DNA from: Phoronis australis
Lineage: Eukaryota > Animalia > Phoronida
DNA: 64,000 bases
Reading direction: 5' to 3'
Assembly (NCBI GenBank): GCA_002633005.1
Contig: NMRA01000181.1
Coordinates: 69,824 to 133,823, forward strand
This document shows positions 38,301 to 64,000 of this stretch, piece by piece. How positions within the stretch are numbered: the first letter of the stretch is position 1; every line of letters begins with the position of its first letter. The notes below the pieces were generated by a model. That model did no database searches, was not told the origin of the DNA, and saw nothing but the letters and a program-made list of their open reading frames with translations. Made by a program: the position numbers and the translations under genes.

Positions 38301-41300
38301 CTATACATACATTCCTTCATACAAACCAAGGAATCGCACATCATGGGCTATCATAGGTAGGGACAGTTTTCAGTGTTCCCAAGATAAACAATATAGTAAA
38401 ACGTGCATTAGTCAAGACAGGCATAAGTTGGCTTTTTGCTTGTAGAAGGCAACAATTTTGTGCATTTTGTCAAAACAAAACTTTTGATTTAGGTCATTTA
38501 CTTTATGAAATTGGTCTGAAAGTGTTTCTTACTCACACAAGACAAAGTCTGTTGAACACCCAACAATGTTCACGATTAATAACTTTCAATGATATTCGCT
38601 CAAGCTCTCTATATCTTTGACGGTTGTTCACCGTGCATGAATAAAGCAGCCAGCCAAGAGACACAAGAAAGCCTGACAGCTATATTTCAAGACTGTCTAC
38701 AGGTGGCACTGCTGCCAAAATACTCAGATTAGACATGATTTCTAGACTTAATGCGAAGAACTGCGCACAGTTTGTCCTGTCAGCAGGCCATCTTTTTGGT
38801 CACATCCGGTGACCTAATGAATATAAGTCCGAAAAGATTTCTGCCCCCGACCGGTACTCGAACTCAGGACCTTCTGCTAACCGTGCAGAGAAGAACTGTC
38901 AGTTTGTCTTTGAGCAGAGCAGGGTCATGAAGTTTGCTCTACACTCTTGGTTAGTTTTGACAGCAGCTGAAGCAGTATATCAGTCAGGGGGATTCCAGGT
39001 GTTTTAGTGCAGCCAATTTTAATTCAAGTAAAGGAACAATGACTATGTTGCTTTGGAAGAACAAATACGTACGTCAGGGAAGAAAGTTGCTTTCGACACC
39101 ACACTTATTATATCTGCTTTAATTCGAAGGTTCTGAAGTAGAATTGTTCTGGTTCATGCACAGTTTTGGTCCAATTAGATCCGACTTAAGGAAGTTGCAC
39201 TGTACCTGTATTTTGCTCTTTCAAGATATGTTTAATGTAGCTGCATTGTAGTTAAACTAAGAGGTTCTAAAATAATCCTTTTGATTGTCATTTGATATTT
39301 ACTTACCTGAAAACAAAACTTGTATCATGCTGTCTGAATTCCTGATGCTCAGTGACATTACTTGGCAATGGAAATTGACAATTGAGATCAGGGTTCGAGC
39401 TAAGGGGGCAAAATGCTGCTGGTTTTGTCAGTTATGCTTGTGGACTTTGCTGTTTGTTGCAAAGCCTGTCTTAAATCCTTTAAAAAAGTTTTAAACGTCT
39501 TGAATGCGCTTGAGAGGTTGCAATTTAGGCCTAATCCTGTTTCAGATCCACCTGAATTTGTATTCTACCAGTCGCCGTCATGTGAGGTCATCACCACCAA
39601 CCTGGTCGACTTCATGTACACGCAGTGTGCTCTTTATGGAGGAACGGTAATCATGTGCTGTCTTGCCATTTGTCTTGGTGCTGTCGTCTACAGAAATGAA
39701 CTAAGACGGGCCAAGCTGCATGAGGTTAGTGGCAATGCAATCATCAATTGTTCAAATATAGACCTTTGCGACATAAGAAGCAAGGAACATTTTGTCCCAC
39801 TTTAGGTCATGGTGCTAACTTGTTACTTGCATGAAAGAAATTCGTGTGAAGTTTGTTTAGACTTTCAGCAGGGATGCGTTTCTTAGTGCTTTTCTCTTGT
39901 TAAGTTTGGTACGATCATGCCCAATCACGTGAATGAAGAACAGTTGTGCAATGAAGTTTGTGAATTTACTAGCATAAACTAAACAAAATGGCTGCCACAG
40001 GTGTTGGAATGTTGAGCTATGTAAGTAAAGTACAAATAAACTCGCTATTTCTGTTCCATAAGCCAAGATTTCTTGTCTCAAGGGACATCACGAGTGTCTT
40101 GTATCTATGAAACACACACCTGGGCTATTTTCAGACCTAAATGGAAAAGATCTAAATTTTGCACTTCTTCCCCATTTACCCCTAAAGTCAGTGACGTTGG
40201 CATGCATTCTCTTACTGGTCTGGTGAGATGATCTCCACGTGGTATTTACATACAAACAACATGTCATTATCTGGTAATATTGGGCATCAAAAGCAATGCC
40301 AATCGACCATTTCTCCTTTCAATGACTTGGTTCATTTATTCTGCTTTCCTTTCTCGTAAATTGTTTCTCTTTGCCAAACTATTTTTGAGCACACTCATGA
40401 AATGCCATCGACTTCCCCTACTTGCGCCAGATAAACTAGACAAAGAGTTGTAAGTTTAACAAGTTTAATTCGCAGCCGACAACACAACGAGGCAGAACTG
40501 GAAGGGCTCTCACCAAACACAGTCGTACGAATAACAATGCAATGGCGTTGTTGTTTGGCAGTTCTAGATGAGTGTGCTCGTGGACGAGACGGTCTCCCCA
40601 GCTTAAATGGGAAACTTGTAAATGGGCTATTTGAGGCTGTTCTTGTGACTTTGGCTCATTTATAGTAGGATGGATGCAAATTTTAAAGTAGGCCTACACG
40701 CACATCCCTTGAGTGAACAAAATTGTTGAAGCTATCTTCTCGATATTTGTCCACCAGTTAACAACCTGGAATATGAGTTGTTAACTCCTGTTACCGCGTT
40801 TGGTTAGGTAAAATACCTAGCTTAAATTGTCATTGTTCGTAAACACTTAAATAGCCACATTCTGAAATATTAATTTACTAATTGGTCTCAGGTGGTTCCC
40901 ACTTCTTACTTGAGTAAATGATTTTGTTTATCAAATTCGAACTCTGATCATGCAAAACAATGTTGACTCATAATGCTGAATAAGACGAATACTAATAGAC
41001 ATAAGAAACATGACCCTGAGTTAGTCCAGTACATTGTGAATGTCATGATGTTTTGACTGACCTCATGAACAAAACAACAAGATACAGTGACAGTTAAGCA
41101 CGGTGTTCATCTTCACAATTTTACAAGGCCAACGTGCAGTTTAGTTTAAAAACTTCTGTTTTTATTTTCGTTAAAATTGAAATTCTATTTTCCCAATTTA
41201 GAAGTTTTAATTATGTCACCATATGAATCGTGTTGATTAGTTCTCTTCCCTAGTCTGTCACCAGACAATATTTTGAACAACTGTGGCCATTCACAGTGAA

Positions 41301-42558
41301 TGTATGAAGGTTATCTTTGACAATTTTTTGTTCACTTGTGGTGAGACTTAATTGCAATAATCTCTCAATATGGAGTTCTCTTATCTATGAACTCTATATA
41401 TTTTTGGTAATCAGGCATCAACCTAGACAAATCTGTACCATATTTCAGTGATCCTTTACATCTTGCTCTCATGACAAGTAGAAAATTGAAGGTTTCCTTC
41501 ACAAATCATGGTTGTATTGTTAACTATGTTTTTTTGTTTTCGTATAGGCTTATCAACAGGATTACAGCATGTGTACGGTTGTAGCGAACAGATGTGCAGA
41601 GACATCTGGTGGCCATGGTGATGAACCAATCCCTGATGATGCCACTGACCACCTCAGCGGGAACACATCTTCATTGTTTTCTCAGAGGATAACATTTCCT
41701 GGTGAAAATCAGCCAAGGTTGCTTGGAATCCGTCGGAATGACAGTATTGTTGGCCGCTCTAGAAGTGATGAAGAGAACCAAAATCATAATCATTACACAT
41801 CTCTTCCGAACTTAACTTCTCGAAATGCTAATGATCACCAGCGCGAAATGTCTGCTACACATGGTCAACCATCAGAAGCATATGAGCAAAGGAGTGAAGT
41901 TCAAGCAAACATGGAGAACGAATCTCGAGATAGAAACTGTAATCAGAGGTCCAGTGCTGGAAGGACAGAACGAATGAGCAATTCTAGCCAAACCCTGGAT
42001 CCCCGCCAGTTGTCCGCCATGTGGGGTATGTTTGTTAGATACCTGCAACAAATGGGCCACAGTGTTGGTGGTGACAATGGATTGCCCGACAATCCTCTTC
42101 ATCGTGGAGCTGCTGCTGAGACCTTGCCAAATAGGCCAATGACCAGGAATAGCAACAATCAATCAGAGCTTCCTCCATGGCCAGTGTCAAGGCAAAGCAG
42201 CTGTCAAAATTTACCGCACGGTCCATTGTCACGATCGGGTCATCAGAATCTTGGACACATTCGTACACGTTCTTCTCGTAACACCGTAACATCACAGAGA
42301 AATTCCAGCCTTCGTGACCCTCGGATACCGGTTTCCAACAGGTCATTTGTTCACTACCTCACTGGGGTCTCCAGCCTTGTCACGTATCAAGTTGAACCTC
42401 CCCCTCCCTATGCTCAACCTCCGCCATATTTGGAAAATGACACTGTTCCAGAATACACCAGTAACACATCAGCACAGACCGACCAGGATGTGTCTTCAGC
42501 ACAAAACTCATTGTCATTAAACGAGTGCAGCGAAGATGTAATTGAAACAGTCATTTGA
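35326..42558 (+). CDS. CD20-fold four-transmembrane protein, FAM189/ENTREP-like, 614 aa, with tandem PPxY motifs
   Basis: Exons 35326-35727, 36144-36200, 38161-38356, 39546-39724 and 41548-42558 are GT-AG with phases 0/0/1/0 (1845 nt). There are four hydrophobic helices and a Cys-rich TM3-TM4 loop (NIQMIHSIAFCQY...QCHCY...SCEVITTNLVDFMYTQCAL) resembling FAM189 as recalled. The long disordered tail has PPPPYAQPPPY and ends in ETVI. The gene structure is solid; the family call is from memory. Confidence 0.8.
38833..38890 (-). mobile_element. tRNA-derived SINE head fragment
   Basis: The minus strand ggtcctgagttcgagtaccggtcgggggca contains a Pol III B-box (GTTCGA) in a tRNA-like 3' half. No full cloverleaf. 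Confidence 0.4.
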
Positions 42559-44443
42559 TTTTCCCTTGACATAATACAAAGACGAGTGAAATTTCAGTAT
42601 CTCTTTTTTTCCATCAAGGAAAACTATCCTCAAATTAATTGTAATCCATGTTCAAGATCTGTACCATAGCTAGTAGTATACAAATATTTGGAAAAATGTT
42701 AGACACCCTTGAAAAGGAAAAAAGAGAAACTTTGGCAATTGTTTTTTGTGGTGAAATTTTGCAGTATTGATGCAGTCTGTATGGAGTACCTGGGCTTGCT
42801 ATATAAAAGTGGGTGATAGATATCAAATGCTAGCAAATAGAGCTGTGTTTTTTATTATTATAATTTTATAAGAATTCTTGTGTGACTTGTAATTTTACTG
42901 AGTTGACCTTTTATCTCAGATGAGTCTGGATAGCTCAAACTAAAGACAGGAAAATTTTAACATGGGTTGATTCACTTGTTCACGAGTTCATCTTTTGTAA
43001 ATCAGCTGTATTGTACCCACCTTATACACATTTTCAGATTCAGATGTTTGGTTTCTGATAAAATTATTTTTTTATTAATTTTGCCTCTTCCTTGGAACAC
43101 ACGATTCTGTTTTAACTTTATTAAGTGTTCAGAGATTTTTTTACAATATTGTTGCTATTTTACACACATTCCAAAATGAAGCATTTGTCACATCCTTTGT
43201 ACATTTTATTTTGTGTGTTGTTATTTATACTTTGTAGTAAGAAGTATTTTGTACCAGCATTTGTTAATAGATGGATTTTGTAATAAACTTTTGCAATCGA
43301 ACCTGGCAGTGTTGTCATGTAGTTGTAGTCTCCTCTTCAGCAATGCAAAGTTGAAACACCACGCTTGTTCCAATTGTCACCCCAGACATTCTTTAAGTAC
43401 AATTCAGGAATGTGTTCTGTGCCAATTGCAAGGCCTCTAACTAATCCTGTTTTGTTGATTTCACCAAAAACTTATACTGACCTTCTTAGAACAATAATGA
43501 CAAAAAACTTGACTCGTGAGTGAAGGTTTTTGTTCTATTTTTCTTTTGCTTGAGTCATGATGTTGCCCCACTTGAACCTGTGGTGTGCGCATGAATTTTT
43601 TAAATCGTAGCTTCCGTGTTGATGGAACTGGAACACATCTGTAAGAAGTTTACGTTTTGGACATCATGGCTGTTGTGCTTTGAACAAGCGTTAAGTTCAT
43701 AAAAATGGTAAAAACATTGCTGTACCCGGTAGTTCATTTGCTTCAATTGTTGAAACCTATTTCCGCATGGAAAGGCCTTTGTGTAGAGATATGTTGCCTA
43801 CACTTTGTCGAAGCATGACGGGCACGGCCCAAGGAAACAGTGTAATGATATCACTGTGGCGTACCAATTTCTTCCACCGTACATGTCGCACATGGGTGCA
43901 TAGAAAGAAGTTGACGACTAGATTAGTTACTATGACCGATTCAGTGATTCAAGATTTTAAGCAGTACTGCCACCTGATCATTTTTCGAACCCTGAGTAAA
44001 ATTTTCATTATTTTAAAATCTCATTATTGGACTTAGAGTACCACCACCACCATGTACCAAACCACTCAGTCATCTCAAAAATCAAAATTGTATCTCTCTG
44101 ACCCATGGAGGTACGATTCTGACTTGTAAATCTATTTATGCAAAATTTACACCGCATGAGTTTTGCCAAGGAAAATCAGTTACATCTTGTATCTTTGACC
44201 ATTTAATGTAAGTATCTGTGAATGTTTTCTAAGCACTGGTCTCAAAATTCATTAACACAATCAGTCCTTAAACTAAACGGTTATTGTGGGAAATCAGCTG
44301 CTCAGTCTTGGATGTGTTGTTACGAGTGGTTGGAAACACGAACCTACCACAATGTGCGTTAAGGTTTTAGCGAACGTCAGGAAGACTACATAAAACGAAC
44401 ACACCAAGACACAACAGAGAACTTCTAAGAAAAACCAAATAGT

Positions 44444-44449
44444 TTTATT
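44444..44449 (-). terminator. Candidate polyadenylation signal of ferrochelatase (about 2-kb 3' UTR)
   Basis: tttatt on the plus strand, followed in the transcript direction by U/GU-rich sequence. Other AATAAA hexamers lie nearer the stop codon. Confidence 0.35.
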
Positions 44450-46497
44450 TAAGCTAACTATGTACATGTATCTCTATTATCCATCATGATATTAAAGCAG
44501 CATCCTAAACAAAATCATGCAAACAAAAGATAAACAAGAAATAAAATAACACAGTTACTAACTGAACACCATTATAGTCAGTTCATGTTTCTAGACAAAC
44601 TGGGAAATAAATGTCTGGCAATCACAGGACAAAATATGTCTGACAAATGCAGAAACCGTCACAGTCTTTCACGACTATTCAAAAGGATATTTAGCAGATA
44701 TTACTGCTAGGACTACACACCTCCAATCTGAAACAAAATAATGCCTCATGACCCTCGTCAACCCTGAACACTTTGGAACAAGTTTGGAACTCATCTTTCA
44801 AGCATGACCGACGCCCTGTGCCAGTTATTACCTTGTTGTGGGAACAAAAATACCACTTTAAAGCACAAAATCCACTCTGCAATGTATTTACGAAGTACTT
44901 TAATTCAGTAACACCTGTTCAATTTCAAGAATTGCACTATGTCCTAAAGAATAATGAGTGGCGATAACTTTCAGGTCAAATCCACACCTTTTATTTCAGG
45001 AAAGTACAATATGTCTCATTACATGTCGGGCAATGACCAATTCTAAGTCAAATCAACAAAAGAGAGTTCTGAGAACTTAAAAAACTTAAACAGAAAACTC
45101 CAGGTTAACAATTTCTTTAAAAAATGTGTTTTCAAAGTCACTGCCCGGCACTACAGGTAGACAGTGAAGTTTGACGATGTCACCCTCAACAAAGGCAGGC
45201 CATAATGACAAGGTTGTTATACAACATTTAAAGGAACAGAATGAGTTTCAGAACATGACAAATACCAAAAATTTATGAAACTGAATGCATTTTATAACTG
45301 CCAGGAAAGTCTACAAAATTTCTTGATGTAGCAGAAGAACTACCTGAAATTTTCACCTTTTTACCTTCATGGGTGGAAATCAAAATTAGATCAACAAAAC
45401 TCCAAACGAATCTTAATGACATTTTGACTACTTTTAAACAGCATTATGACTCACAGACAATTATCTAATTATATCAATGTGTATAAAAGCAATTCAGTAG
45501 AAAATGCGGTATATTAAATTTTCAAATAACAGAATGTCACTAAAATGCTGATACATTAGTCCCATCCTTGTGCGTAAGCAACATGCAACGAATTTTAACA
45601 TTATAGTAAAACAATGATTAAATCTGATTATAGTTTCCACTCAACAATATTATACCACTATATCCCTAACAAGGAATTTCCACTATTATTTCATGTGACA
45701 AAAACTGCCAGATGAACTATCAGCAGTTTAACCTATCACTAATAATAAATCACAATTACTATATTGTTATCAACAAAAACATTATTTTTTATTGCTAACA
45801 TGAAAACACAAAGTCAAATAAAATAACATCAGTGGCAAATGAAACTAAAAACACTCACCATAACGACCAAATTTTTAAGACCAACTTATCCATCACAAAA
45901 TAAAATTAATTTTCATATTTCAAACTTTCTGAAGAAACTCCAACTGATTTTACTCAGTAGCTGAGTAACTCTTTGGCCACACACTACCATAGGACATGAT
46001 TACTGTCCCCAAAGATCTTCCAACTTGGCAAATTAAGAAACACAGATATTGGAACTATTAGTATTTTTGGATTGAAGTACAATCATGTGCAAGCCAACAA
46101 TTTGTTATTGAACAATATACTCCACCTGGTTTGTACAAAATTCAAGGCCATAACAAACAATCACCAAAATTGGAAAAAATGATGCAGGATCAGAAGTACC
46201 GTTCTGAGTGAATATTATGAAAAAGTAATTTATTTTATTCAACTTGTTTTAGTGTGTATTATCGATGCAAATCAATTTTCGTAAAATTTCAGAATGGAGA
46301 TTTAATTACTTAAAATAAAGACACCATAAAACCATTTTTAATAGTAGCTCACCCTCAAAACAATGAATACTTGTATGGATATCAGACATGGACTACAAGA
46401 TCTGTTGATGAGCTCAGCTGTCTGCCTTAACTGAATTGCAGCTCAGCTCAGAGGCTGATGCTGGTCACCTGCACATAGCGGGCTGGGTACATGACCT

Positions 46498-59798
<13,301 letters not shown>

Positions 59799-59805
<7 letters not shown>

Positions 59806-59864
59806 CTTGGGATTCCCTCTTCCCACAATTCAGTGTGTGAAGAATCCCCGCGGTTGTGACGTCA
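59799..59864 (-). promoter_or_regulatory. FECH proximal promoter/5' region with YY1-, ZNF143-like and CRE motifs
   Basis: GCCATCTT (YY1-type) overlaps the start codon, TTCCCACAATTCA lies at about 59820-59832, and a perfect TGACGTCA lies at 59857-59864. Confidence 0.45.
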
Positions 59865-61490
59865 TAGCGCTGTTCGCGAATGATGCAGACGAATTTCTTT
59901 CACGATGCAGCTGTGTGGTGGTTTTCTCGCGCTCTCACTGGTCACAAATCTGACCGTCATGGGTAGCAGTCTTTTTTCAAAATCCATTATTCATGAACGC
60001 AGTCGAGTCAGTAAGTTGCTTCGATGATTCCATGCCCAAATTTGTTTACTTTTTGGGCTTGACCTGCGCGGTGATCAACTATTTTGAAACAGTGTTTTGC
60101 GTCGGCCTATAATGAGTAGGCCTATAAGGAGTATCACTTGTATTTCAAACAAGTATAATTACATTTGTAACCGAATTTAAAGTCCCACTATTGAAGCGCT
60201 GACCGTACTTGACTGAATAGGCCTTATCTTTGCCTGTAGGCTGTCCACTGCAGCCGAGGTTCGCCTCGATCACTATGATAACCGTGACAGCACTGTGAAT
60301 TGCATGGAAGTTTTTTTCGGAGAAACTGCCTGCATACGCGGTAGGGAATTGATGATAAGCAACGCAAGAACGAATATCTGTCATGGTCATTGAAACTCGA
60401 AGAAAATGCGGCAGGCTAGTCCCACTAAAAGTCTAGCAAATATTGCCGGTCCGTATCTGATCGAACTGCAAGGGGAAGGCTTATCCAATTTTGCCCCTAG
60501 GTCGACATCCGTTTCACTTGACCCCCTACCCCCTCCATCAACAGACGATACTTAATTGCTTTATCTCTAAATGCACCCTTCCCCCTCGACATCAGTGCTG
60601 TAGTGGGGCTTAGGTGCACGTAGGCGCAGCCAACCACAGTTTTGGCATTTAAACGTAGCGCCTACGCACCGTAAGTTACGTTATAGTGCGAATTCGGTGC
60701 ACTTTTAAAATCCAGTGCTCAAGGTGATATGGTGGGCGTTGGGCGCCTACTTACCTCTAATTTTACCACTACAGCACTCCTCGACATCAACTATACCTCT
60801 TCATTGGCTCTCCGTAGGGGCACTAAACATTATTTGGGAGAGGTGCACAGAGTAATTCTACGTCGTCAAACTTTTGCTGACGTGGTCCCAAAGTCAAGCT
60901 TCTCCCTATCTCCACCTTCACCCCCATAGTCCCTGTCGTCACCAATGTCACACATCTCTCCAATAAGCTTGCGTGGGGAAGGGCAAATCCCGCGGAGGCA
61001 CTGACCCACCAGAAACTTGGGTACACATACTTCAACGAAGTTGACGGTACACTTTGAAAGGGTGGTGTCAAGGGGACCCTCGTACATTGCCTAGAATGCA
61101 TTTTCAAAATTCTTTGTTGAAGTAGGACACACCGGCCGAGTTTCTATGCGGCAGCGCGGAGCTAATACGGCAAATGATATAGAACCACCCGAATTTCACC
61201 ATCATGTGTCAACCTGAAACAAATCACCGAAACATCAATTTCTCAAGGGTTGTCTGTAGATTGACATTAATCAACTAGTGAATGTTTGGGGTATGGCGGT
61301 AGACATTTTATCGAATTTCACCCTCACTGAAGCATCGGCATTTCTAGTACAGGATAAGCTTATAACAATAAAAATGTCTGCTGAAGTCCGTCATAGTTTT
61401 ATCGTTGATACAGAAACATGTAACAAAACTGACTTAGCTAAGACAAATCTTAAATTTTAGTAAATTTTAAGATAAAACTTCAATTTGTCT

Positions 61491-61658
61491 CGAGACCGTT
61501 TCAAGAAAGAGATCTTAAATTTGAATTAAGTTTTTGATAAAAGTTTGCCTTAATTTTAACTGTCTTACCGTATGTGGAAATTTCAAAGCATGGAAGTTGA
61601 GACAAATCTTAGACTTAAGTCAAAAATGAACTTAATTCAGTTTCTTGGAACGGGCCCC
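61491..61658. mobile_element. Small MITE remnant (PIF/Harbinger-like ends)
   Basis: gaccgtttcaagaaa (about 61494) is inverted against tttcttggaacgggcccc (about 61642-61658), with an AT-rich self-complementary interior. Confidence 0.45.
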
Positions 61659-63114
61659 AGATCCCCTGGAGGTTATCTGAATAAAACAACCTTGACATGT
61701 TGGGGCATTAAGTGACAACACAATGCCATGGCGAAAACTAAACCCAGCTCCCAGTCCATGAGCTAACTGCTTTTAAGTTTCAAGCCTCTATTCGAAACCA
61801 TTATTCACAGCATGACATTTTAGGCTATTCTCGAATCGGGATTTGCTGCAGATACACGCATTAATAGCGAGCAACGGGAAGATCACGGGAGATTTGGCAT
61901 TGCGTTGCACGGGAAGTTTGGGGAGACTCCTTTAGAAACTTTCAAAATTCATTCGTGTTTAAATACGAAATAGGAACGCTGGTTCATTACTTTGGCAACC
62001 TGTCACTCAAACAACCCCAGAAATACAATACCTGAGCTTTTAGTAGGCCCTTAGATACGGACAGCGTACACGGTCATCAAAAATCATGGTGACTAATCTG
62101 ATGGACACAGCGAATTTCGTAAGAACAACTCTTCCTTCATCAATTATGCTTTCCTCACGACTTCCCAAATAAATTGTTTCATGCAATAATTTTGGAAAAA
62201 TAAGTAGTGGGCTGTGACCATATTAGGGCATTTTTGTTTTAATTTTTTGACATCACAAACTATTGTATTTTGTATAAGTGAAAAGTCTCCATGTTTAAAC
62301 TTGTATATCTTTATTTGACTTTTCACTATTGTCTAATTCTCCAAATTGGACAAGTAAAAAAATAGAGAAACATAGGGGTGGCACTGCAAAAGTATTTCCA
62401 TAGTCTGAGGACAGTAAATCTCAACAAGATATGAAACCTTTTTAAAGAATTATGCTGCGGAAAATGAGCACTGTTGCAAGATTCAAACCCCAAAACAATA
62501 ACAATTGGTATAATGTCTTGGGGAACCGTTTCTTTGAACTGCCCTTGGTCCTCGCAATTTTCTAACCTTTCCCCTGCCGCCTCAGTATTTCGAGTTGCCC
62601 TCAGTGGTACAATTTTGTTGTTACCGACTCCTCCCATCAGTCGATGCAATTTCCGTCCCCATTCTCCACAAAAAGTTCATCCGCTGGTCTACACAAAGGA
62701 GAGGGACCCCGTGACTACGGGGCGGGGCCCCAATTTTGCTCAGGTTCTTAAAAGTTGCATAGTACCTTACATGATTTACATACGACAAGTCCCGTAAGTT
62801 TGTTCCACCCGGCAGTCAGCAACTACCACCTGTAGACCACGCGAGTTCTTCGTCCACTGTGTGTGACTTGGATACTTGGGCAATTTCCTGCCAGTCGTCA
62901 AAGCAACATACTCGTCACATGTACACTCGTATGCTTCACTACAGCGGATTGAACCCGCGTCAGTCACAGTCGCTTGTCAAGCGTTCTCTAATGAAAAGCG
63001 CGAAAGGGCCACCTTTTCACTTTATTATAACAGGATGTCAGTACGAAACAGGCCTTCCCAAAAATTATCAACACTGTTCCTAACCGTTTAATGTTAAAAA
63101 TAGTTTTTCTTCAG

Positions 63115-63311
63115 GCACTTCTTTCGCTCTTGCGCACAACCTCCCACTTATCCACTCCACTGAGGACACCAACTGGTACGAGCGAATCAAACGACTCTCC
63201 AAGAGGTTTGACGCGAATCAACTCGCAAACGCTGACACTCGTTGGGGGCTTGGGTACAACACGCCGATGCCAACGGAAAGTGGGAAACGACCGACGTTGT
63301 ACGAAGATGAA
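63115..63311 (+). CDS. Putative exon of an unidentified plus-strand gene continuing beyond the window
   Basis: Strong acceptor (tttttcttcag) and donor (GAA|gtaagc). Open frame TSFALAHNLPLIHSTEDTNWYERIKRLSKRFDANQLANADTRWGLGYNTPMPTESGKRPTLYEDE. Upstream are a GC box (about 62718) and donors at 62794 and 60011. Confidence 0.4.
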
Positions 63312-64000
63312 GTAAGCCTCGCACCATCGACGCATTCAAAGCCACACAAAATTGTATCTGTGTGGTTCGATATTTGACAAAAGGAAATTTTAACGTAAAT
63401 GATACTCTATGATAACATCACTACTTGCACACTTTCGTGGCGCTGTAAAAAGGATTGATGTGCACTGTTGTTTAGGGCGTAATGCCTCGTTTTAGCATAG
63501 ATTTTAAGATCGCAAACGTGAATGCGCACAAGTTCCAAACAAGCAGAACCATTGTAGTCTGAACACAATACCTTACTATCAAGCATAATGGCGAATTCGT
63601 GCAAGTAGCGAATATTTAAAAGGTTCTTTAACTTTAATTTTTGAATTTCTGCTGATGTACTAATACTATAAGACATGACTGTCACAGCTGAATTACATAA
63701 AACAAGAAAGTGACGTTAGTAAAGTGACAAGATTTCATTAGAATCAATAAAATGTGAACGTTTAGCACTCTATCTACAATGTATCAGATACTTATATTAC
63801 AAAATAATGTTATAATTTCTTAAACTGAAAGGTTTGCCCTTTTTCTCGAAGTAACGTTTGTATACAAAAGCGTAGCCTATAATTTTATTTCAAATAATTC
63901 AATGAATGTTTTCACGTACCAGCCCAGTCATCATAACCCCATACATGCACATATACAGTGAACTGGAAGCAGAAAAATGCGTCACCTTAAGCGGGTATAA

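Noticed and set aside
59820-59845. CAGTGT as an iron-responsive element in the FECH 5' UTR
   Set aside because: It is on the plus strand, antisense to FECH, and the flanks do not form the 5-bp stem with a bulged C.

Overview
Intron-rich, AT-rich invertebrate (metazoan) genomic DNA. The ORF track shows only exon fragments, so I rebuilt the genes by hand from GT-AG sites and exon phases. Four complete genes are well supported: two tandem, intact cathepsin L paralogues on the minus strand (CDS 14157-19978, 328 aa; CDS 27438-33377, 330 aa) with identical intron positions; a plus-strand 5-exon gene (35326-42558, 614 aa) encoding a CD20-fold four-TM protein resembling FAM189/ENTREP, with tandem PPxY motifs and a C-terminal PDZ-type ligand; and a 10-exon ferrochelatase on the minus strand (46498-59805, 421 aa). 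Weaker candidates are a small spliced orphan gene (about 11.7-13.4 kb, +), an exon at 63115-63311 (+) with prohormone-like dibasic/amidation sites, and a possible decayed gene at 7.1-9.0 kb. Non-coding DNA holds many non-autonomous elements: a TA-flanked TIR transposon with a decayed HIRAN-like ORF, a Helentron-like element with five co-oriented CTCF-like motifs, a foldback element, a near-perfect 259-bp palindrome upstream of cathepsin L copy 1, and a Penelope-type hammerhead remnant. Single Ns at 10523, 24936 and 52130 mark probable assembly joins. I found no CRISPR, rRNA or intact tRNA. No database searches were run; family calls rest on recalled motifs.
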